DNA from: Octopus vulgaris
Taxonomy: Eukaryota
Length of the DNA stretch: 64,000 nt
Reading direction: 5' to 3'
Assembly: GCA_951406725.2 (NCBI GenBank)
Contig: OX597835.1
Coordinates: 40,610,001-40,674,000 of the forward strand
Shown here in pieces: positions 53,996-64,000 of this stretch. A program made the translations under genes and the position numbers. The stretch's first letter is position 1. Every line of letters begins with the position of its first letter. The notes under the pieces are model-generated. The model was not told the DNA's origin, searched no databases, and worked only from the letters and a program-made list of their open reading frames with translations.

Positions 53996-54556
53996 TTAAC
54001 CATATTGCCACACCTGCACCAACACTGTCATATGTTAAATATAAACTCAGGAATTTCATTCCATCCCGATTTCCAATTTCATATTGATAAAAATCAATCA
54101 AGATAATGTCACAAACATTTATGGAAAACATAGAAATTACTGAATGTTTTTTTAAATATTTTTCTAAAATTTCAGATTTGTAATATGTTCCTTTAAAAAT
54201 ATAAAATTCCATAAAAAATTTTCATTAAAAACATAATATAAAATAATTTAAAATATATGATATCTAATGCCGGTGCTCCAGCATGGCCACAGTCATTGGA
54301 CTGAAACATATAAGAGAATAAGAGAATAGGCAGAGGTGTGGCTGTGTGGTAAAAAGTTTTCTTCCCAACTACATAGTCCCAGGTTCATTTTCACTGCATG
54401 ACACCTTGGGCAATTATCGTCTACTATAGCTTTGGGTCAACCAAAGCCTTGAGAGTAGATTTGGTAGATGGAAACTGATGCGTGTGTGTGTGTGTGTGTG
54501 TGTGCATGTGCATCTGTGGTTGGTCTTTATCTTCCACCACCACTTGACAACCAGTA

Positions 54557-54843
54557 CAGCAGTTCCCAAACTTTTTCAGGCTGCCGTCCCCTTGGCACCC
54601 AGGCCACACTTCTAGTACCCCTCACTCTCTTCACAAATACAGACCACTTTCTGCAGCAAATTTAGAACAACTGTAATTAACAAATAAAACTTAAACCTAG
54701 TTAACCTATTAATATTTTTTTTTACATCTTTCACCTCATTTTCGCCACCCCATTATCATCCCACTTTTCTCTAACGCCCCCACCCCACAGATCTTTCCAC
54801 CGCCCCAAGGGGTAGGTAGTACTGCCCACTTTGGGAACCACTG
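54557..54843. mobile_element. hAT (Charlie-like) MITE
   Basis: TIRs cagcagttcccaaa / tttgggaaccactg; no clear 8-bp TSD. Confidence 0.65.
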
Positions 54844-55112
54844 TGTTATAATAGAAGACACTTGTCCAAGGTGTCACGCAGGACTGAACCCAGAACCATG
54901 TGGTTGGGAAGCAAGCTTCTTACCACACATCCACACCTGCACCTTCTCTCCTTTTTTTCTCTCCTTGTTTTTTTCTGTGTCCCTTTCTGTAGAAGAGCGT
55001 AGGCTCAAAATGTAAAAGACTTTTTCTATTCCTGAGCGTTATACTAATACATCTGTTTGTTTTGTACACCACCTGTCTTCGTCTTTTGTTTTTTTTCGTA
55101 AACTCTCCCTAT

Positions 55113-55143
<31 letters not shown>

Positions 55144-55596
55144 TTAATGAGAAAGTTGAGAAGAAACAAACTCTGAATGGGGGTGGGTGGATTACTGAAG
55201 TGTAGTTATGTTGAAAATAGACCACAGAAAAGCAGAAATCTGGCAACCATTAGTATCCCGCATACAATACAAAACAAACGATAAAACACTATAGCAAGTA
55301 ATTAGCAGTAAGACTGTAAACAAGGTAATTAGTAGAATGGAATAATTTTAACAAGAGCCACCACAGATCTTACAATAACAAGACATTGTTACAACATACC
55401 TACACAACAGCAACAAGACAACTCATTATCAAACACTTCCCAAAATCCGTCACTGCTTACCACATGAAGTAGGAAGAAAAACAAACTGCAAGAATAGGGT
55501 TAGGGTGTTGAGATCTTTTATCAAACAGAGCAGAAAAACCAACAGAGGGTTTCCAAGACTCAAAAGATTACATACACCTAAAAAATATATTATTCA

Positions 55597-56010
55597 TTTA
55601 CTTGTTTCAGTCATCTGACTGTGGCCATGCTGGAGCACTGCCTTTAGTCAAGCAAATCGACCCCAGGACTTATACTTCGTAAGCCTAGTTCTTATTCTAT
55701 CGGTCTCTTTTGCCAAACTGCTAAGTTACGGGGACGTAAACACACCAGCATCTGTTGTCAGGCGATGTTGGGGGGGGGGGACACAAACACACAAACATAT
55801 ACACACACACACACACAAATATATATATATATGTATGCATATATACGATGGGCTTCCTTCAGTTTCCGCTTACCAAATCCACTCACAAGGCTTTGGTCAG
55901 TTCAAGGCTATAGTAGAAGACACTTGCCCAAGGCACCATGTAGTGGGACTGAACCCGGAACCATGTGGTTCGTAAGCAAGCTACTTACCACACAGCCACT
56001 CCTATGCCTG
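55597..56010 (-). mobile_element. SINE family B
   Basis: Full-length reverse copy. Confidence 0.85.
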
Positions 56011-57329
56011 TATTTTCTATGGTTGGACACCCTTCTGGTTACCAGCCCTCACTTGTTTGCAAGCAAGGCAATATTTTTCCATGGTCAGACATGAAGATTG
56101 AAAACAAAGACCACTGTTTATTTTTTTTATCCCCTACAATTCAAGCACTTGACCCGAGTCTATAGTATGAGTATAGTGGCAGGCAGTGGAATTGAACCTG
56201 AATCCACATAGTTACAAAGGTATACCTTTTTACCAGACAGTCATACCCTCACATATATACTGAGAGCATCAATGTCACAACATCAAAATCTAAATGTTTC
56301 CCATAGAATCAGACTGATGAATTTGTTGAAAATCAACATAACTTTTATACCAATCAATTTTGAAACAGTTTTTCTCTTAATCTTTGAAAATAACAGCAGA
56401 ACAAAAAATTCTCTCTCCCCTCCACCCTCCACCTCAGCCTCGCTAAAATAGATTTCATAAAAACCAAAATATTCAGTGATTCAGTGAAAGAACCTTTTAA
56501 AAGATAATTTTTTTTTCTTTAAAAGAGTTTTTGAAATGCTTTAACAGATATTTGGATAAGTTTAAATAAGAAAATAACATTTTTCAGTATTTATTTATTC
56601 TTCAATGTTTGGAAGATTTCTTCAACAAATACTTAAATATTTACAAAGGAGAAAAAACGAAAAAAAAAAAAAAAAACACTTTCTATTCCTTAAAATTGTC
56701 TTTAAAACCATTCAGTCGATAAATATTTAGATATATTATGGAGAACGAGAACAAAAAAAAAAAGTTTTTTAATTCCCGATTTTCAATTTTGGAAGAGTCT
56801 TTGAATGATTTCTTTAACCAACACTTGGAAAACATCCCAAATGCTAAAAGTTAAATATATAATTGCTGCCAACAGACACAGCAGTTCTAAAAGCAGAGGG
56901 AAATGAAATGGAAAAATGCAAAAAGCCAAAACCATCCATCATCACCACTACCATCATCACCATCATCACCATCATTTTAACATCCACTTTTTATTACTTT
57001 CATGGGACAGATGAAATTTACTGAGGCAGATTTTCAACAACCAGATGCTGTTCCTGTTGCCAACCCTCACCCGTTTCCAAATAAGGTAGTATTTCCCCCA
57101 TGGTCAGACATGTTTTCACAGAAGATTGGAAATGAAGGACACCAGTTGTATGATGATGATGATGATTACTTACAAGTATTGTGCGACATCACACACACAC
57201 ACACACACACACAGACACACACACGGGCAATGCCCTTCTTCATCTGACGAAGCCATAAAAAACCAACAACTGTGGCAACAACAAACCAGCAAGGTCATTC
57301 AAACAGTTAGAAATAGCAGCCATGTCACC

Positions 57330-57720
57330 ATCATCATCATCATCATCATTTAACAGCCATGGGTTGGACAGTTTTGATAGGCGCTGGCTAGGCTGGGAGG
57401 TGCACCAGTTTGATCATCCGTTTGGACATGGTTTCTACAGTTGGATGCCCCTTCTAATGTCAACCACTTTACAGAGTGTACTGGGTGCTTTTGATATAGT
57501 TCCAGTGCCAGTACTTCTTACATGACACCATCACCGGTGCCTTTTATGTGGCACCATCATCAATGCTTTTTATGTGGCACCAGCATGGACAAGTTCACCA
57601 AGTACTTTGCACAACAAAAAACCCATCATCTAAGAGTGGGGAGTAGTACTTTGTGCCAGTTGAGAGATTTAAGGCAGAGAGGGTGACAGATATAGGTGCC
57701 ATACTGTGGAGTAGGGTACC
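57330..57720 (-). mobile_element. RTE 3' UTR, older subfamily
   Basis: (CAT)n tail and gtttctacagttggatgcccc. Confidence 0.6.
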
Positions 57721-58398
57721 CTGTTGAAAAACAAAGGAGAGTAAGCTGCAGAGTAAGATATGGAGAGTGATATGTCTTAAGAGATATGTCTTAAGTGATA
57801 TCACTTAAGACATACAATTATATAATATCATTATAATAATTGATATCATTCATTTGTGTGTTGTGTAGTTATAGTTTAATTGAATTGAATTGAATTGATT
57901 TTAGGTGTATATTATTTTAGAATGTTAGGTATTAATAGTTGAACATTATTATCTTAAAAGCAGGAAGGACATATTGGATATTGAAGTTCTTGATATACCT
58001 TGTCTAAATAAAAGATAGAACGGTCGCAGTTGGATCAAAGCTGTTTAGTAGCACTGATGAAGGAACTTATACATGGCCACTCAATCTGCTAAAAATAGCA
58101 GCCAAATCTCTTTTAAATGACACACTGCCATTTTAAAAAACCAAGGACACATAAGATGATGTAGTCTTAGATAAACTGTGATCTGAGAAAAAGCGAAAAA
58201 AAAGGATAAGAAAAACAAAGCTATGAACACAGCAGGAACAATTTTGATCATAGGTCTACTGGACAAGGCCTGCTGACCAAGAGTTAAATAACATCATTAT
58301 TGTTATCAGTTTCACATCCACATTTCCATGCCTGCATGGGTTGGACAGAGTTTATTGAAGCAGATTCTCTACAGCTCGGAGCTCTTTCTCTCATTAAC

Positions 58399-58435
<37 letters not shown>

Positions 58436-58677
58436 GCAGAGAGAGAAGGACTGATACACACACAGACAAGCTATCTTATTACACACACACAAGAATATGT
58501 GCATACACACACAAACACATACATGTGTAAGTGTATGTATGTATGTATGTGTGTGCTTTCAAGCAAGGTGATATTTCCCCATGGCTAGACATGTCTTTGT
58601 GGGACAGTGGTTGCTTGCATGACAGTGGCACTCATTTACAACTATTCATACAATGTTAAGACAAGGAAACACAAACA

Positions 58678-58843
58678 TAGGGGCAGGTGCAGCTGTAAGG
58701 TAAGTAGCTTGCTTACCAACTGCATGGTTCTGGGTTCAGTCCCACTGCATGGCATCTTGACCAAGTGTCTTCTACTATAGCCTCGAGCTGACCGAAGCCA
58801 TGCAAGTGGATTTGGTAGACAGAAACTGAAAGAAGCCTGTCGC

Positions 58844-58888
<45 letters not shown>

Positions 58889-59155
58889 CATATATATGTA
58901 TGTATGTATGTATGTAGATATATATATATATATGTATGTATGTATGTATATGTTTGTGTGTCTGCGTGTTTTCCCTCACCATTGCTTAACAACCAATGTT
59001 GCTGTGTTTACATCTCCGTAACTTAGTGGTTAGGCAAAAGAGACCGATAGAATAAGTACTAGGCTTACAAAGAATAAGTCCTGGGGTCGATTTCTTCGAC
59101 TAAAGGCGCTGCTCCAGCATGGCTGCAGTCAAATGACTGGAACAAATAAAAGAAT
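58678..59155 (+). mobile_element. SINE family B
   Basis: Full-length copy with expanded internal microsatellite. Confidence 0.8.
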
Positions 59156-59184
59156 ACACACACTCATCCACACATATATATATT

Positions 59185-60070
59185 GTGGAGGCAGTGTTGG
59201 AATAGTCATCATAAGATTGTGGTTTCAATTCCTGCACCAGGCAACATATTGTGTTCTTGAGTAAGACACTTCATTCCACGTTGCTCCAGTCCACTCAGCT
59301 GGCAAAAATGAGTAATCCTGTGATGGACAGGTGTCCCATCCAGGTGGGGAGTATATATGCCATGAAACCAGGCAAGCAGCCCTTGTAAGTTAGCATGACT
59401 TCAGAAGGTAACTATCATCATCATCATCGTTTAACATCCGTTCTCCATGCTAGCATGGGTTGGACGGTTTGACTGGGATCTGGGAAGCCAGAAGGCTGCA
59501 CCAGGCTCCAGTCTGATCTGGCAGTGTTTCTACAGCTGGATGCACTTCCTAACGCCAACCACTCCGTGAGTGTAGTGGGTGCTTTTTATGTGCCAGGCAG
59601 GCCTGGTAATGGCCACGATCAGATTGGTACTTTTTACATGCCACCGGCACGCAAACACACACATATGATGGGCTTCTTTCAGTTTCATATTTCTTTACTG
59701 CCCACAAGGGGCTACACACAGAGGGGACAAACAAGGACAGACAAATGGAGTAAGTCAATTATATCGACACCAGTGCGTAACTGGTACTTATTTAATTGAC
59801 CCTGAAAGGATGAAAGGAAAAGTTGACCTCGGCGGAATTTGAACTCAGAACGTAGCGGCAGACGAAATACTGCCAAGCATTTTGCCCTGGGTGCTAATGT
59901 TTCTGCCAGCTTGCCGGCTTCTTTCAGTTTCTGTCTTCCAAATCTACTCCCAGAGCTTTAGTCAGCATGGGGCTACAGTACAAGACTCTTGACCAAAGGA
60001 CCATGCAGCAGGATTGAACCTGGAACCATGAGGTTGGGAAGCAATCTTCTTACCACACAGCCATGCCTGC
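59185..60070. mobile_element. Nested repeat cluster: SINE D (59185-59410 +), RTE UTR (59416-59650 -), SINE C (59688-59917 -), SINE B head (-)
   Basis: Each segment is homologous to other copies in the window. Confidence 0.75.
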
Positions 60071-60476
60071 AACTACAGTATCAACAAAACCAGCAACAAT
60101 ACTAAAAGACATCATAAAGCTGAAACAATTCCACCCCTGCCCACCACCTGCCATCCGTTTTTTCTTGGTAGAAGCTTCTAGAACGCAGACTGCTGTGAAC
60201 TCAGCTTAAAATGTTACGAATCACTCGGTATTAAGATTTTAGATTTGAAGAGGTTTGTTGAGTGACCTTCAAAAGAAAAAATGGTTCACTTTTAAACAAG
60301 CAGCAGAGGTCAGAATGATGTGATTGGGTCTGACATTTCTTTCAAAACAAACAAACATATAAGGCTGCCTGTAGATCGAACACTTGTGAGAGGAGTTGGG
60401 GGGACGGGGACGGGGGGGGGGAGATGGAAAAGGCGAGAGACGGGGGTGGGGGGAAAACGGAAAGAGAGACAGAGAG

Positions 60477-60508
<32 letters not shown>

Positions 60509-60894
60509 AACCGAGAGAGCGAGCGAGAGAGGGAAAGCGTGAGAGAGCGAGGTGAAGAGGAAGAGGAAAGGGGAAAGAAGGAGGGAGTGAAATATCAAGT
60601 GAAGGGTACCACCACCGAACCCTCCCCTCTCTTGCTCCTCCTCCTCCTCCTCTTCCCACATCACCTTCTTGATGACAGAACTTCACAGTGCATGAAGGGC
60701 AACAGACAGACGCTGTTTGCAATCAGCCTTGCACTTACAGGCTTGACACTTTGCATTCTACTGCAGCAGCAGCAGGAACAACAACAACAACAAAAACAAA
60801 AACACTGATGGTAAAGGAGGTGTTGACTCACACGCACACACATACTTACGTTCATAAATAGAACCATGCACATATAAGTACACACCATACACTA

Positions 60895-61139
60895 TGTATA
60901 CATGTGTGTGTGTGAATATATATATATATATATGCCTGTGTATATGTATATACATATATACATATATATACATATATATATATATGTACATATATATATA
61001 TATATGTACATATATATATATATGTACATATATATATATATACATATATATATATATGTACATATATATATATATACATATATATATATATGTACATATA
61101 TATATATATATACATATATATATACATATATATATATAC

Positions 61140-61196
<57 letters not shown>

Positions 61197-61876
61197 CATA
61201 TATATATACATATATATATATACATATATATACATATATATATATGTACATATATATATACATATATATATATACATATATATATATACATATATATATA
61301 TACATATATATAAATACATATATATATATATAATACATATATATAAATACATATAAATACATATATATATATAAATACATATATATATATATAAATACAT
61401 ATATAAATACATATATATATATAAATACATATATATATATATAAATACATATATAAATACATATATATATATAAATACATATATATATATAAATACATAT
61501 ATAAATACATATATATATATATATACATATATAAATATATATATATATATACATATATATATACATATATATATAAATATATATATATAAATACATATAT
61601 ATATACATATATATATAAATATATATATATAAATACATATATATATACATATATATATAAATATATATATATAAATACATATATATATACATATATATAT
61701 ATAAATACATATATATATACATATATATATAAATACATATATATATACATATATATATAAATACATATATATACATATATATATAAATACATATATATAT
61801 ACATATATATATATAAATACATATATATATACATATATATATATAAATACATATATATATACATATATATATATAA

Positions 61877-61969
<93 letters not shown>

Positions 61970-61970
61970 A
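60895..61970. repeat. ~1.1 kb compound (TA)n/tac(at)n/aaatac(at)n array
   Basis: Direct inspection. Confidence 0.95.
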
Positions 61971-61989
61971 ATACATAAACCTGTCGAGG

Positions 61990-62505
61990 CAAGTGAAATC
62001 AAATCAAAATCAGAATCGCTGACGTGGCCGATGACAGTACTGCCTGATTGGCACTTGTGCCAGTGGAATGTTAAAAGCACATCCGAGCATGATCATTGCC
62101 AGGGCCATGGATTGGCTCCAGTGCCGGTGGCATATAGAAAGCACCATTTGAACATGATCGTTGCTAGCGTCGCATTACTGGCACATGTGCCAGTGGCACG
62201 TGAATAACAACTTTCGAGCGTGGTTGTTGCCAGTGCCACTGGACTGGCTCCCATGCAGTTAGCATGTAAAAAACGCTCTTTGAGTGTGGTCAATGCCAGA
62301 ACCACCTGACTGGCCCTCGTGCCGGTGGCATGTAAGAGCACCCACTATACTCTCGGAGTGGTTGGTGTTAGAAATGGCGTCCAGCCGCAAAAGCTTTGCC
62401 AGATCAGATTGAGCCTGGTGCAGCATTCTGGCTCACCAGTCTCCAGTCAAACCGTCCAACCCATGCCAGTATGGAAAATGGATGTTAAATGACGATGTCG
62501 ATGAT
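61990..62505 (+). mobile_element. RTE 3' UTR with internal ~60 bp repeats
   Basis: Repeated gtgccagtggcatgtaaaagcac units, then the family A end. Confidence 0.75.
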
Positions 62506-62516
62506 ATATATATATA

Positions 62517-62893
62517 AGGCGAGCTGACAGAACCATTAGCACGCCGAGCGAAATGCGTATCCATATTTCATCTACCGTTACGTTCTGAGTTCAAATTCTG
62601 CCAAGGTCGATTTTACCTTTCGTCCTTTCGGGGTTGATAAATTAAGTACCAGTTACGCACTTAATCCATTTGTCTGTCTTTGTTTGTCCCTTCTATGTTT
62701 AGCCCCTTGTAGGTAATAAAGAAATATATATATATATATATATATTTGGCGTTAGGAAGGGCATCCAGCCGTAGAAACACTGCCAGATCTGACTGGGCCT
62801 GACGAAGCCTTCCAGCTTCACAGACCCCAGTTGAACCGTCCAACCCATGCTAGCATGGAGAACGGACGCTAAATGATGATGATGATGATGATG
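62517..62893 (+). mobile_element. SINE C (62517-62724) and RTE UTR end (62747-62893)
   Basis: Homology to other copies. Confidence 0.8.
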
Positions 62894-62914
62894 ATATATA
62901 TATATATATATATG

Positions 62915-63111
62915 TAGGTCCCGGGTTGAGTCGGGGTTAACCACAGTAAATAAGGTACTCAATACATAGCAGAGTAAATTAATTTATTTTATAGAAGGAG
63001 CTTTACAGGACTAGAACTGTTTCATTCAAATGAAATCATTAGGAAGCTTCCTGATGATTTCATTTGAATGAAACAGTTCTAGTCCTGTAGAACTCTTTCT
63101 ATAAAATAAAT
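62915..63111. mobile_element. Palindromic HHR-like element P5
   Basis: Near-perfect palindrome 62982-63111 centred on GGAAGCTTCC, flanked by (TA)n. Confidence 0.65.
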
Positions 63112-63161
<50 letters not shown>

Positions 63162-64000
63162 TACATACATACATACACATATATTCCTGAGCGTTATACT
63201 AATACATCTGTTTGTTTTCTACACCACCTGTCTTCGCCTTTTGTCTTTTTCGTGAATTCTCCCTATATATATGTATGTATATATATTTGGTCACACTGCC
63301 TTCATGAATTGCTGTGAGTCTGTTGCCATAAAATTCTATTAATTTGAATTGGGAGCTTGAGTCATAATGAAAGTTTCATATAAACACACACATATATATA
63401 CACATATATATATTGGATAATAAATCGTATGGTGTATCCTTGATAGCCTTCCGGTAAAGCAAGTTCAGCTTTGCAGTGTTCATTGGGTATTTTTGATTAA
63501 TGAGAGAGACGGAAGATGGAATAGAGAAGAACATTTATTGTAGAAACAATTGTAACGATCAATAAACATCCTTGTATCTTCCATCTCTCCCATTAATCAA
63601 ATACACACACACAGAAAGGAAGAGAGAGAGAAGGAGTGACACACACACAGACAAGCTATCTTATTACACATACATGTGTGTTTGTGTGTGTGTGTGTGTA
63701 CAAAAGCACTTCAGCATCCCATTATTGCACAATCTGCAGTTTGTGGCGGTCATATATCTTAGACATGACCAGTCGACATAATAACTTCACAATGGAACTC
63801 TCTGGATTTATCTTTGATCTGATACAAAGAGAAGAAACATAATTACGGTTGTTATACCACAACCACCACCACCACCACAATGAGCCAATGAAGAAATCTC
63901 TACATGACTGCTCTACCAGGTAGAAATAGCAACCAAATCCTCCTCAAATTACACCCCTGCCATCATTAAAAAAAAAAAAAAAAACCAAGAATTTTGATAA

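Noticed and set aside
60320-60808. 162-aa R/E-rich ORF
   Set aside because: Derived from GA/G-rich and CAG/CAA simple repeats, with no recognisable domain

Overview
This is AT-rich, intron-rich eukaryotic DNA. The repeat landscape (huge (TA)n/(TACA)n arrays, several tRNA-derived SINE families, RTE LINE 3' ends with (ATG)n tails) suggests a cephalopod, probably Octopus; this is inference. Two convergent spliced genes are present. On +, the last three coding exons of a p24-alpha/TMED4-TMED9-like cargo receptor (2592-8689, ending FFEAKKLV*). On -, the last five coding exons of an LPGAT1-like acyltransferase (41788-31088), with all splice phases consistent. The 5' exons of both genes were not found in the window. 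The rest is mostly mobile DNA: RTE fragments, SINEs, TTAA-flanked piggyBac-like MITEs, mariner relics, a hAT MITE and microsatellites. Most ORFs in the supplied track are microsatellite or repeat artefacts. The most notable signal is a set of short elements in or next to (TA)n tracts that carry minimal type-I hammerhead-ribozyme (HHR)-like motifs. Several are long asymmetric palindromes with an HHR on each arm, four of them clustered at 49.5-51.2 kb, and one family has a compensatory G3-C8 swap of the catalytic core. These are probably Penelope-like pLTR derivatives. Folding was done by eye and no activity was tested.
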